A stretch of DNA of 64,000 nt from Eledone cirrhosa. Lineage: Eukaryota. The notes below the pieces were generated by a model, which worked only from the letters and a program-made list of their open reading frames with translations, was not told the origin of the DNA and did not search any database. Shown piece by piece: positions 1 to 13,064 of this stretch. The stretch covers positions 35,898,001 to 35,962,000 of the forward strand of contig OZ024740.1 in the NCBI GenBank assembly GCA_964016885.1, read 5' to 3'. Both the position numbers and the translations under genes were made by a program. Every line of letters begins with the position of its first letter. The stretch's first letter is position 1.

Positions 1-780
1 ATATATGATTATATAATGCGTACAGGCTTTATTTCTAACACATCTCTGCTACTCAGTTCTTTTCGAACTTCTTCCCTCAGCACGAGGAATCTATCATCAC
101 ACAGAATTCACTCTCACCCTCACTCAAAACTTTCATCTAGATATGTGCAACAAAGATCTTTAGTCATTCTGGCTCAAATTCTTTCATCTCAATTATTTCA
201 TGTTGGAATGATGGGAAATGTTGAAGCATTGGGTATCACAAGTTGTTCCTCGTGGCAACAACTCTTCTAACCCATCATAGTTGGTATAGTGTTTGCTACC
301 TCCCCATATATCTCTAGCCAATAGTGTAGAGTTTGCCACTATCCCAATTCTTCTTCCATATCACTTTTTCTTTCGTCTTTTTTTGTCTTTTTGTCATTAT
401 GATATAAATGTATTTTAAATAAAATAATTACTAAATATTTTATGTTGACTTTACTGTTTTCCGAATGCCTTCAACCCTAAAAGGACGTTCAACTATATTT
501 TGTTCTGTATAACATGTCAAACACACCTTATATCAACGTATTAGACGTTCAGACTGACCACTGTCGTTTACATTGACAGCTCCAGTCTGGAGTTGTCTGG
601 AAAGTGTCTGAGAATTCACTCACAAAGTAATATAAAAAACGGTCCCATTATCCTGGGAACAATTGATTTATTCCATGAAAATTCAATAAACAGTTTCAGA
701 TTTTATAAGATTTAGATTTATAGAGGATGGATAATTGAATACTCTGACATTTATGTTTTTTTCCAAACACACAAGCAATG

Positions 781-1936
781 TACGAGGGTCGGCTGAAAGT
801 GTCATAGGCTAACCTGGATACTCTCATAGAATGGGACCAAATGACGTCTATTTTTCAACATAGCCCCACTGGCGGTTCACACACTTCTTCCACCAGTGTT
901 TCAGTGCTTGGATCCTTCATCCTGGAAGCTTTCATCCTGTTGGTCAAAAAGTTATCAACAGAAGATATGACGTTATCATCACTATGACACTGGTTCCCAG
1001 CTAAATGTATTTTTCATGTTGGGGAATCAGGAAAATGAGGAATCTGACCAAACAGTTCAAAGGCGCAGTCACACACTGCAGCCTTTGATACCAAGGCTTT
1101 ATATGCTGGAGCTTTGTCCTGATGTAACAAGACCCTTTTCTTCAGTTTACATGGCCGTCTGGTCTTGAAAGCCTTTCATAACTATCTTGGCAAGTTGGCA
1201 TAGCAATCACCATTGATGGTGTGGTCTTCTTGAAGATAGTCAATAAACGCATACCTTTTGCACCCCAAAACCTGAGGACATCATCTTCACTTCTGATAAA
1301 ACGACCCTGGCCTTCTTTGGAACAGGTGAGGGGGGGTGTTTCCAATGCATGGATTGTCTCTTTGTCTCTAGGTTAGAAGGAAACCAGCTGGATCTTCCTC
1401 AAATAATGTCAGATTTCCCCGTCATGCCAAGTTCATTTTGCAGAATATTATCAATTCTCTCACAAAATATGCTAATAGCATTGACTATTTGATTTATAGT
1501 CAATCGTCTGTTATCCATTGCCATATGCTGAAAACAATTAATGTATTCCTAGGTGGTGGCAGTTGCAGGACGTCCAGACCTTGGGTCATCTTCAAAACTC
1601 TCCCTTCCTCTCCTAAATTCAGCTGCCCACTTTTACACTGTTGATAAAGCTGAAGTGTCGCCCTCTAATGTAGCAACCATGTCAGCATGAATGTCCTTTG
1701 GGGCTAAACCCTTTTTCTGTCGGTACTTGATAACACCACGGTGCCAAATTTTTGTCAATTTTCAAGAATTCATTACTAGTTACATTTGATGTCTTCTTTG
1801 AATAGTCACATGTCTGTTTACATGGAAATTGATGCAGTTATTAACAAGAGAAGTTGAAATTAATGCATGCAATATTTCACAGCTTTAGCATCACTCCTTC
1901 ATAGCCAACCTATGAACTTTTCAGCCCACCCTCGTA
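781..1936 (-). mobile_element. Degenerate mariner DNA transposon (irritans/Hsmar2-like TIRs), ~1.15 kb, flanked by TA
   Basis: Left end TA-CGAGGGTCGGCTGAAAGTGTCATAGG matches the reverse complement of the right end (TA-CGAGGGTGGGCTGAAAAGTTCATAGG). Minus-strand frameshifted transposase pieces WKHPPSPVPKKARV, FWGAKG and VLLHQDKAPAY (HDNAPAH-like). Confidence 0.85.
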
Positions 1937-2250
1937 TATAAACTGAATTGAATGCAATTGTGAATTAAAACAGATTCACGGATTCATCTCGCGGTGACAC
2001 TTATCTATATGATATACTTTTGTTTAAGAATATGTATATAGTTGACAACCTTGAATAAGTATATATTTGGGAACCACAAGTAAACGATAAACCTGTGCGA
2101 CATTTTTTGGCTTTCTACTGACCAGTACATGCGTAATTTAAGTGAAATGACACCAAAATGATCTCAAAACGACTTAATATACCACACAAATCTACCTCAC
2201 TTCTTTTTAAACAAAATGTTAGGGATTCATTAATTATTTTTTAACTTCAG

Positions 2251-2394
2251 AAAAACCTACCAGAACCAAGTTCATTAGGCATCTTGAAATTGAACCAACC
2301 GGAATGGTTTTACATTGTTATTGGAATAATAGCCTCTGGCATATCTGGTGGCGTCCAACCATTCTTTGGAGTATTATTTGGTGATGCTTTAGAT
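2251..2394 (+). CDS. ABCB1: ABCB1/P-glycoprotein-like exon (end of linker + TM7), 144 bp, phase 0/0
   Basis: ttcAG acceptor, GTAAGT donor. Translates KNLPEPSSLGILKLNQPEWFYIVIGIIASGISGGVQPFFGVLFGDALD, matching the P-gp KLNxxEW...NGGLQPAF motif. Exact paralog (ABCB1/4/5-like) is uncertain. Confidence 0.92.
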
Positions 2395-2717
2395 GTAAGT
2401 ATAATTAATCCAATGAAGTATACAATAAATGGTGATGATGATGATTTAAATTTTTGATGATTCAATATAAGTGATTGAATAAAAAGAAATAACTAGTTAT
2501 ATTTAAGTTTTAGGTCTCTAAATTATCTGAATACTTTATTATAGTGGGTGAAGATTCTCATATTTTAAGAGAATTATACCAGTCAATGTCTTTAGTACTT
2601 TATCATGCATCATCTTTTGTAAGCCCATTGAAACATAGATTCATTGTGCTATGACTTGAGCCAATTGAAAATATTCCCAGTTTTTGTCAAAATAGCATTG
2701 CATTATATAAATCGTAA

Positions 2718-2899
2718 AGGGCAGTGGGTTCGTATTATCAGTAGAGTGTCAGACACCATGCTTTGCAGCATAGAGTTATCGCCCTTGACATTGTAAGTTC
2801 AAATCCTGCTGAGGTTAACTTTGTCTCCATCCTTACGGGGTCAATAAAATAAAGCACTGGGGGTAATTGCTGGCCTTGTGCCAAAAGTAGAAACAATTA
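2718..2899 (+). mobile_element. tRNA-derived SINE (octopus OK/Nin-domain-like family)
   Basis: B-box-like GTTCAAATCC, Nin-like core catccttacggggtcaataaaataaag, and tail ggccttgtgccaaaagtagaaacaatt shared with other copies in the window. Confidence 0.8.
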
Positions 2900-3293
2900 T
2901 ATAAATCCTAAATTTCTGAGCTTCACCAAGGTGAAGTTTGAGGTAAAATATTTTATTGCAACTATTTTTTCTTCTGATAAGTTTCTAATGATAATCAACC
3001 ATAGATGTGAAAAAGTAATCGATTATAAAATGAGAAAATACGTGAATATTTTCCCCGGTTACCAGAACATAGTTGCCGAAGCAACTCTAAACCAAATGTC
3101 TGGCTGATGTTATTTGTCAAGACCTGTCAAAAGAATTAGTGTTCAGTGAAGAATAATTAGACATATTTAAAGAAGAGTAAATATCTTACTGCCATATCTA
3201 TAGCGAAACCAAGTCATTACAAATATTTTAAGAAAAAAGATGAATTATATATACATTTACACACGCACGGACACACACACATATATGCATATA

Positions 3294-3396
<103 letters not shown>

Positions 3397-3625
3397 CGGC
3401 GATGAACGAAAGATTTATGTAAATTATGTAAACTATATATATGTGTTTGTGTCTATATTGTATCTGTATTATTTTTGACCGTCGGTCAGTCAATGGCAAC
3501 ATTGAGGACCGAGTAAGTTAGATCGCAGATATAAAAGACAGCGAGAAGCGAAAACCAACCAAACAGTGAGTGTGTTCTGTTATTAATTCTGGCAATATTA
3601 CGCAAATATGACCCTCCCCAAGTAT

Positions 3626-3692
<67 letters not shown>

Positions 3693-3694
3693 AG

Positions 3695-3829
3695 TTTATT
3701 AAAATAACAGATTCGAGTTTAAGCAAGGAATCACTGCTTTCACCCTTAACGTTTCAGAGTTTCAGAAGATCCCGTTAAGGGTGAAAGCAGCGATTCCTTG
3801 CTTAAATTTTAATCTGTTATTTTAATAAA
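3695..3829. repeat. Hairpin with ~56-bp arms next to (TA)n, probably an inverted Penelope LTR remnant
   Basis: tttattaaaataacagatt...ttcacccttaacg is reverse-complementary to cgttaagggtgaaag...aatctgttattttaataaa, with a ~21-nt loop. Confidence 0.7.
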
Positions 3830-4119
3830 TATTTGCTTTAGAGTTCTTATATATTTGATATATATTTATTCTGATCGAGCCCTCTTTGAATTTTAGTCTT
3901 CACATTTGTTATTATTACTATATATATATATATATATATATATACATTATGAAGAGAGAAGAAACATTTAGATATAATTAGTAATAAAATGTATCATACC
4001 TAAACTGTTCCTAAATTCCTCGACTACGTAGTTTCGGTGAAGTTGGCACCCTTAACTCACAGTTGGGTGCGGATGCATTCATGTATATATGTGTGTGTCC
4101 GCATGTATCTGTGTGTTTC

Positions 4120-4184
<65 letters not shown>

Positions 4185-4186
<2 letters not shown>

Positions 4187-4527
4187 TCCGTTTTCGAATT
4201 TGTTTTGCAAGATTTCTTATCTGAAAACGTGTGTTGAAAGAGATATTGTTATACTTTGGGAGGGTCATGTTGTCAATAAAGACACATTCACCTGTTGGTT
4301 TTCATTTCAATTTATTATAAATTTCCGGTTGGACACAACAAAGGAGAGACACAAAATAAAAACCCAGTCACTGAAGACGTCACAGAATGCGTGATGAAAG
4401 AGCGTTGACAATATATAACCATCCGTTTATCGAACCAAGTAACCAACCAACCAACCGGAAATTTAAAGTGAACCAACAGGTGCGTGTGTTTTTATTGGCA
4501 GCATGGCCCTCCCAAAGTATAACAATA

Positions 4528-4528
<1 letters not shown>
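4185..4528. mobile_element. Non-coding Penelope pLTR fragment with internal inversion (same family as 18455-19450 and 42405-42890)
   Basis: Shared tail motif atattgttatactttgggagggtcat in both orientations, plus a hammerhead-like motif at 4367-4409. Confidence 0.7.
4367..4409 (+). ncRNA. Type I hammerhead motif, cleavage triplet apparently mutated
   Basis: gtca-CTGAAGA-c-gtcac[agaatgc]gtgat-GAAA-gagc-GT-tgac; G occupies the U16.1 position. Confidence 0.55.
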
Positions 4529-4568
<40 letters not shown>

Positions 4569-5055
4569 CAAACCCCAGACTACCATTTGCCTCCATCATG
4601 GATCAACTAAGCGCTCTTGCCATAATAACACATTTTGAATTGCTTATCCTCAAGAACTGCCTGTAAATAATATTATTTTTTCTTTCCCATTACCCTATCA
4701 TGTTCCACATCACCCCCTATTTTTTCTTCTTTCTTTTTTCTTTTCACTTCAAAAACCTTGTTTGTAAATAATATTATTCTTTCTTCCCCATTTCCTTAAT
4801 ATGTTCAACATCACATCCATACAAATTCCCCCCTTTGATAATGCATAAAATGCCGAAACCGGTAATAGACAATTATTAAATGTATAAGTAAGTAAATAAA
4901 TGCCATTGTTAATTAATAAATAAATAAAGTAATACCTTAACACTTCACACAAAGTAAAATATTTTGTTTTAAACATTTTCTAACCCAGAAAAAAGAGAAA
5001 AAAATAAAAGGAAAAAAAAGATTTTTCTTCCTAATAATCGTCATTTTCTCACTTT

Positions 5056-5105
<50 letters not shown>

Positions 5106-5236
5106 AAAAGTTTGGTATAAATATATAATGGTAGGAGCACTCAGTCCATAAGATGAGTTTAGTATAAATAATTACACGTTTCGTTGGATTCTTGACCCCA
5201 GCTTATTTAGCTTGTCATAATAAAAATAAATATAAA

Positions 5237-5256
5237 AATAAAGATGGCCGCCTGAG

Positions 5257-5327
<71 letters not shown>

Positions 5328-5350
5328 AACTCAGGCGGCCATCTTTATTT
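5237..5350. repeat. 27-bp inverted repeat around a (TA)n tract
   Basis: aaataaagatggccgcctgagtttattt ... aaataaactcaggcggccatctttattt. Confidence 0.8.
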
Positions 5351-5375
5351 ATATATATCTACATATATATATATG

Positions 5376-5406
<31 letters not shown>

Positions 5407-5413
5407 ATGAATT

Positions 5414-5460
<47 letters not shown>

Positions 5461-5494
5461 GTGCATGTATCTATCTATCTATCTATCTAATTAG

Positions 5495-5584
5495 CAAATT
5501 GGAGTTGATAAAGATAAATTAAGAAATTACTGCCTGGGTTACATTGGATGTGGTTTAGTGCTGTTTATAGCCTTTGCATTACAG
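5495..5584 (+). CDS. ABCB1: ABCB1-like exon (TM8), 90 bp, phase 0/0
   Basis: ttAG acceptor, CAG|GTAAGT donor. Translates [30 protein letters not shown]; the human equivalent ends ...GIISFITFFLQ at the same splice position. Confidence 0.85.
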
Positions 5585-6190
5585 GTAAGTAAAGTTTTGA
5601 ATATTTCAAGAATCTGATTATATTTCTTATTAAAGTACGTGAATCTGAAAATACTCTGTCTTTAAAGTAATATTAATCTTACCAAAATACGCTACACGAA
5701 GGCAACAGAGGGCCCCTTACAAAATTATTGGCGAAGCCACACACGCCAAAGGTATTTATCTTCAACCGGTTGTTGGTTTTGTTTTATCAACTTTGAAACT
5801 TCTGTTGTGATGTAATATACTAGATGGTTTATAATAACTGCATTCTAGCTGTAATTAATATTTAGATGGCTAGATTATAACCCATACTTCTTGTATAGGT
5901 TTCTTATATTATGATAACTACCAATGTAAATTCCAATATGAAAGTGTGTTATGGTGCAATCTATAGAGTTCTAAATGGTTAGTTATTTCAAGTAAAATGC
6001 TGGAGCCAACTTAATTCCTATATGATAATTATTATAAGACTATATATATATATATACATACATAATTATATATATATATTTATCTCCCTCTCTCTCCACG
6101 CCTCTCTCTCTCTCTGTATATATATATACATACATAAATAAGACTTGTAAGTCGACAGGTTCGAATATTAACTTCGTTTATTCATAGTCA

Positions 6191-6251
6191 CTGTTATATA
6201 TATATATTTCGGTGATAACCCTTATGCAACAGCTATAACCTCATCAGACAG
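6191..6251 (-). ncRNA. Type I hammerhead ribozyme motif (Penelope pLTR type)
   Basis: Minus strand: ctgt-CTGATGA-ggttatagc[loop]gttatcacc-GAAA-tatatatata-TA-acag; stems I, II and III all pair. Confidence 0.8.
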
Positions 6252-6293
6252 CTAGAATTAGAACAGAAAAAAAAACAGAAAAACATAACGAGG

Positions 6294-6567
6294 TCATAAA
6301 GCATGGCTTGGACGCTGCAGGCTTCCCCTCCCAGCTCGAGCCGGTGGGGCTGTACCGATGGACGGCAAAAGGCCACACGGTATGATCACCTTCCCGTTCC
6401 GCTGTGGCAAACCCCTAGTCTGGGATGTCACTTGCAGCGACACTTTCTCCAGCCGCAACCTGGTGCAGTCTGCGACTAACCCAGGTTCTGTTGCACGTCG
6501 GGCTGAGGAGGCCAAACTCTCCAAATACCGGTCGCTCTCCGACAGGTTCGCGATCGTGATCTTGGCA
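6294..6567 (+). mobile_element. CRE-clade non-LTR retrotransposon fragment (RLE domain)
   Basis: DGKRPHGMITFPFRCGKPLVWDVTCSDT...; close copy of 38693-38965. Confidence 0.8.
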
Positions 6568-6692
6568 GGGGGTCAGTAATTACTAAGGGTGTCAGACAAC
6601 TGCCTATTTATAAAATGTATCTATAAATTTAGAAATAAAGAGAAATATATTAAAAAAAACAAGTAAAATATAAAATACACATCGATATATAC

Positions 6693-6725
<33 letters not shown>

Positions 6726-7815
6726 CATATATATACATATATATACATATATATACATATATATACATACACATATATATAGAGACACATACATATACAT
6801 ATATAAATGCATAGACACATATACATACATATATATATATACATATATCGATATATATATACATATATCGATGTGTATTTTATATTTTACTTGTTTTTTT
6901 AAATATATTTCTCTTTGTTTCTAAATTTATAGATACATTTTATAAATAGGCAGTTGTCTGACACCCTTAGTAATTACTGACCCCCTTCACCTACTTCTGC
7001 ATCTAGATGTAAATATATGTGGCAGTGCTTATGTGTGCGCCTTAATATCCATATAGTTATAATAATAGTATATACATATGTGTGTGTGTGGGGGTGTGTG
7101 TGTGTGTGTATGTTCGTGGGTATGTGTATGCTTATGTGTATATGCGCGTGTGTGTGTGAATGTATGTATATGTGTGTATATATGAATGTATATATGTTTA
7201 TATACGTATGTGTATTTTATCTGTAGATTATAAACATACAGAGACATTAGCCCTGAATTTTTGTATTTACATACATTTTTTCGACATGCGTATGCATGTG
7301 AACATATATTTTTATGCATATCTGTGAACGAAGTTACTTACATATATACACACACCTAACTGTATTTTCTTGATATATTTTTGTGTATTTCATTGGTCAA
7401 TTTGAACTCTGTTCCCAAACAGACCTGTAATTTTGAATTGTTGTTATTATCAATAAATATATTTCATTATTTCTGAAGACGGCATATGTATGTGTTGGTA
7501 TGTATATTATATTTGATAGTTTGTATAATTTTGTATAATTTTGTACATAGATCTGTTGAATATGCATGCCAATTCTAACACATATATGTCCTAGAAACGA
7601 TCGTTAAATAATGAACTTTTTTGGTTTAATATAAGGAACTGTTTCATTGTTTTATTCATTATTTTTTTTATATTTTATCTTGATTCTGTATTCCGTTTAT
7701 CTTTCACCGAAAGTGATTTTTGAATGCATCTCTTCTTTCCATGATATCCGGATTACATTGAGTTCTTCATACGGATTGGACACTAACGTAAACTCTTGGT
7801 AGATTTATCTACATA
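6568..7815 (+). mobile_element. Penelope-like pLTR insertion with 5' inversion
   Basis: 6568-6690 is reverse-complementary to 6862-6985; downstream hammerhead at 7463-7615; ends in (TA)n. Confidence 0.6.
7463..7615 (+). ncRNA. Type I hammerhead motif with ~114-nt stem II insertion
   Basis: ttcattattt-CTGAAGA-[ggcatatgtatgtgttgg...ctaacacatatatgtc]-GAAA-cgatcg-TT-aaataatgaa; perfect 10-bp stem I and palindromic stem III. Confidence 0.75.
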
Positions 7816-7828
7816 AATAAATATATAT

Positions 7829-7987
<159 letters not shown>

Positions 7988-8884
7988 AAATGTGTGTAAT
8001 CCTTGGTACAGTTAGGTATATTAAGACAGGGGGGAAGAAAAAATGGCTTCACTTGTGCTTTCAACAAATTTATTTTCTTCACAAAATCACAAAAGAGTTT
8101 TTTTCCGGATTAGAAAAATGTTTTTTCTTAAAAAAAATTATTTTATGAATTAAGTTGTTGGTTGTTGGTTAGGTCTTAGGAGTTCTTGGTTAACGTAGGA
8201 GGTATTGTTTCGTTTTTAGAACGACCTTTCACGCTGAGGTGCGCTTGTCAAACTGATGTGTATGTGGTGTGTTGTTCTATATATAGGGATTTAACATGTC
8301 TGTGGTGTGGTGGGGGTTTCTTTTCTCCCCCTTTAATAAGTGTACGTGTGTAGGTGTGTTGAAAAAGTGTTAATAGCAGTAATGAGTTGAGACGGTGAGT
8401 AGGGTTGGGTGGGGAGAAATGTAGCAAGTGCGGCCTGCCCCGGTCATTCTCGAAAAATTCGTTTATTCAGGGGAAAAAGCTTTTAGTATTACTTTTGTGT
8501 TGAGAATGGTCACAGGCAAATCGCACCTGCCAAGTTTGTAAATAATTATTTTTTTCTTTTCTTTTCTTTTTTTTTGTGTGTGTATATATATATATGTATG
8601 TGTGTATGTGTGTGTATATATATGTATATGTATGTGTATATGTATGTATGTAGATGTATGTATATATATGTATATATATATATATATATATGTATGTATA
8701 TATGTGTCTTTATGTGCTCGTGTGTACACATATATGTATGTATATAAGTATGTGTGTATGTATGTGTGTGTATGTGTATATATGTATATATATGTATATA
8801 TATATATATATATGTGTGTATGTATGTATATGTATGTGTATATATGTATGTGTGTATGTATGTACTTGTATGTGTATGTGTATG

Positions 8885-8943
<59 letters not shown>

Positions 8944-9036
8944 ATATATATATAGATATATATGTATGTGTATATGTATGTATATGTGTGTATGTTCCTG
9001 TATGTGTTTATGTGTACATATGTGTATATATGTATG

Positions 9037-9118
<82 letters not shown>

Positions 9119-9243
9119 GGAGGTGAGTTTTATTGTAGTACAATAAAGCAATGCAGATATCGGATAAGAAGCACTCTACAGTTTGTAGGACTGGAGTATA
9201 CATAATATATAAGAACAAAAGATGGTTAAAAGAGTTCCATGTA

Positions 9244-9310
9244 TTTTATTATGCGCATTTCAAAAACAAATATCATCATGCAATAATATTTGTGTCTTCA
9301 TCAGATAAAA
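9244..9310 (-). ncRNA. Type I hammerhead ribozyme motif
   Basis: Minus strand: ttttat-CTGATGA-...acaaatattatt/gatgatatttgt...-GAAA-tgcgca-TA-ataaaa. Confidence 0.8.
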
Positions 9311-10098
9311 CAGGAGGACATGATATGAAGGTTAAAAAACACTTGTGCATAGTTCAGTTTTAAATCAACATATGAGAAGTAGTTTTAGATTGATGTGTGA
9401 TATTGGGAAAAATATTTTATTTAGAGGAGGGGGGGGGGGTGGAAAGGATGAAAAAAGAAGGAGATGAGAGTGAAGGTGGAGAGGGAGGAGTATAATGAGG
9501 AAGGATGAGATAGGAGGAGAGATGGGTGATAGAGAGAGAGAGATAGCTTTTATAACTGAGAAAGATATATTGTTTTACATAGAGAGGTTGAAAACCGTTG
9601 GAAGATAATGTATAAATTAAAAGAATTTGTAAATTAACGAATGAAAAATAATGTAAAGTTAAGGTTTGTATATTGAGGGGTTTGATAATATGTGCGAAGA
9701 AAAAGAAAGAGTTAATATGTATTGAGAATAATGAGTTAGATGAAAGGGAGAAAAGAATAATGAATTGAGGATGAATAATCTAACGTCTAAAAAAATGTAT
9801 ATGTTTACGAAGGATTTTTACAAGGTGATATAGAGTAAGAATGTGTTGTATTATGTAATAATTGATTCTATGTTAGGCAAGAGTGAGAAAAGGTACAGAT
9901 TAGGGGTTAGACATTAGAAGAAGAATAGAAGAAAGGGAAGTGATAAATAGGGGCGATGTAAAATGAGTAAACAAGTATTATAGAATGTATAATAACCTTT
10001 GAAATAAGGTAGAAAGATGGGTATATTTTTAAAAGAAGTGTATATATATATATATGTGCCTTTGAGAAAAAGATTCTAAATTGATAAAGAATTGAATA

Positions 10099-10242
10099 TT
10101 AGCTGTATACTTTGTGAAATGTTTTATGGAATTTATGCAAGCAGATAGAAAACAAGTCAGTGCGTCTATTTATTATAGAATCTAGATTAGAGATAATGGT
10201 AAATTTTTCATTTAGACAGAGATTGCAAATTTTAGATAGAGA
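10099..10242 (-). pseudogene. C-terminal tip of a Penelope GIY-YIG endonuclease
   Basis: Translates SLSKICNLCLNEKFTIISNLDSIINRRTDLFSICLHKFHKTFHKVYS*, homologous to CDLCAEE...LNLRTNLFSCCKH in the 14519 ORF. Confidence 0.75.
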
Positions 10243-11219
10243 ACTGTTATCACTTCCCTTTCTTCTCTTCTTCTTCTAATGTCTAACCCCTAATCTGTAC
10301 CTTTTCTCACTCCTGCCTAACATAGAATCAATTATTACATAATACAATACTCTCTTACTCTATATCACCTTGTAAAAATCCTTCGTAAACATATACATTT
10401 TTTTTTACGTTAGATTATTCATCCTCAATTCATTATTCTTTTCTCCATTAAATCTAACTCATTATTCTCAATACATATTAACATTTTCTTTTTCTTCGCA
10501 CAGATTATCAAACCCTTCAATATACAAACCTTAACTTTACATTATTTTTCTCTTCGTTAATTTTCAAATTCTATAATACTTGTCTACTCTTTCTACATCA
10601 CCCCTATTTATCACTTCCCTTTCTTCTATTCTTCTTCTAATGTCTAACCCCTAATCTGTACCTTTTCTCACTCTTGCCTAACATAGAATCAATTATTACA
10701 TAATACAACACATTCTTACTCTATATCACCTTGTAAAAATCCTTCGTAAATATATACATTTTTTGGGACGTTAGATTATTCATCCTCAATTCATTATTCT
10801 TTTCTCCCTTTCATCTAACTCATTATTCTCAATACATATTAACTCTTTCTTTTTCTTCGCACATATTATCAAACCCCTCAATATACAAACCTTAACTTTA
10901 CATTATTTTTCATTCGTTAATTTTCAAATTCTTTTAATTTATACATTATCTTCCAACGGTTTTCAACCTCTCTATGTAAAACAATATATCTTTCTCAGTT
11001 ATAAAAGCTATCTCTCTCTCTCTATCACCCATCTCTCCTCCTATCTCATCCTTCCTCATTATACTCCTCCCTCTCCACCTTCACTCTCATCTCCTTCTTT
11101 TTTTCATCCTTTCCATATTTTTCCCAATATCACACATCAATCTAAAACTACTTCTCATAAGTTGATTTAAAACTGAACTATCCACAAGTGTTTTTTAACC
11201 TTCATATCATGTCCTCCTG

Positions 11220-11286
11220 TTTTATCTGATGAAAACACAAATATTATTGCATGATGATATTTGTTTTTGAAATGCGCATAATAAAA
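11220..11286 (+). ncRNA. Type I hammerhead ribozyme motif (inverted twin of 9244-9310)
   Basis: ttttat-CTGATGA-stem II-GAAA-tgcgca-TA-ataaaa. Confidence 0.8.
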
Positions 11287-11409
11287 TACATGGAACTCTT
11301 TTAACCATCTTTTGTTCTTATATATTATGTATACTCCAGTCCTACAAACTGTAGAGTGCTTCTTATCCGATATCTGCATTGCTTTATTGTACTACAATAA
11401 AACTCACCT

Positions 11410-11499
<90 letters not shown>

Positions 11500-11690
11500 C
11501 ATACATACATATATACACATATGTACACATAAACACATACAGGAACATACACACATATACATACATATACACATACATATATATCTAGATATATATACAC
11601 ATACATATATATATATATATGCATACATACATACACATACACATACACATACAAGTACATACATACACACATACATATATACACATACAT

Positions 11691-11769
<79 letters not shown>

Positions 11770-11873
11770 TATACATATATATATACACATACACACACAT
11801 ACATACACGCATACATATATACATACATATATGTGTACACACGAGCACATAAAGACACATATATACATACATA

Positions 11874-11943
<70 letters not shown>

Positions 11944-12186
11944 TATACATACATCTACATACATACATATACACATACAGAAACATACACATATGTACAC
12001 ACATATATACATATATGCACATACATGCACACACACACATATATAGGTACATACATATACATACACACACATATAAACATATATATCTATCTATATATAT
12101 ATATATATATACACATATATATATATATATATACACACAAACATACACATACATACACATACATATACATATATATACAAACACAT

Positions 12187-12220
<34 letters not shown>

Positions 12221-12238
12221 AAACACATACACACTTAC

Positions 12239-12272
<34 letters not shown>

Positions 12273-12843
12273 GAAAAAAAAAAAATTATTATTATTATTT
12301 ACAAACTTGGCAGGTGCGATTTGCCTGTGACCATTCTCAACACAAGAGTAATACTAAAAGCTTTTTCCCCTGAATAAAGGAATTTTCCGAGAATAACCGG
12401 GGAAGGCCGCACTTGCTACATTTCTCCCCACCCAACCCTACTCACCCTCTCAACTCATTACTGCTATTAACACTTTTTCAACACACCTACACCCGTACAC
12501 TTATTAAAGGGAGAGAAAAGAAACCCCCACCACACCACAGACATGTTAAATCCCTATATATAGAACAACACACCACATACACATCAGTTTGACAAGCGCA
12601 TCTCAGCATGAAAGGTCGTTCTAAAAAGGAAACAATACCTCCTACGTTAACAAAGAACTCCTAAGACCTAACCAACAACCAACAACTTAATTTATAAAAT
12701 AATTTTTTTTAAGAAAAAATTTTTTTCTAATCCGGAATAAAATTCTTTTGGGATTTTGTGAAGAAAATAAATTTGTTGAAAGCACAAGTGAAGTCATTTT
12801 TTATTACCCCCTGTCTTATATATATATATATTTATATAAATAT

Positions 12844-12922
<79 letters not shown>

Positions 12923-12925
12923 AAT

Positions 12926-12958
<33 letters not shown>

Positions 12959-13000
12959 CAATATTAAATAAATGGAAACTATATTTATAAAACCATATTT

Positions 13001-13064
13001 ATTTCATTATATATATTTCAGGGATATCATATTAACAATATGCTATGCCTTCCTCAGACAAAAT
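13001..13064 (-). ncRNA. Type I hammerhead ribozyme motif
   Basis: Minus strand: attttgt-CTGAGGA-aggcatagcatatt[gtt]aatatgatatccct-GAAA-tatata-TA-atgaaat. Confidence 0.7.

Noticed and set aside
16-270. 84-aa Ser-rich ORF as a possible upstream ABCB1 linker exon
   Set aside because: No convincing splice signals or recognisable homology on either strand; left unannotated.
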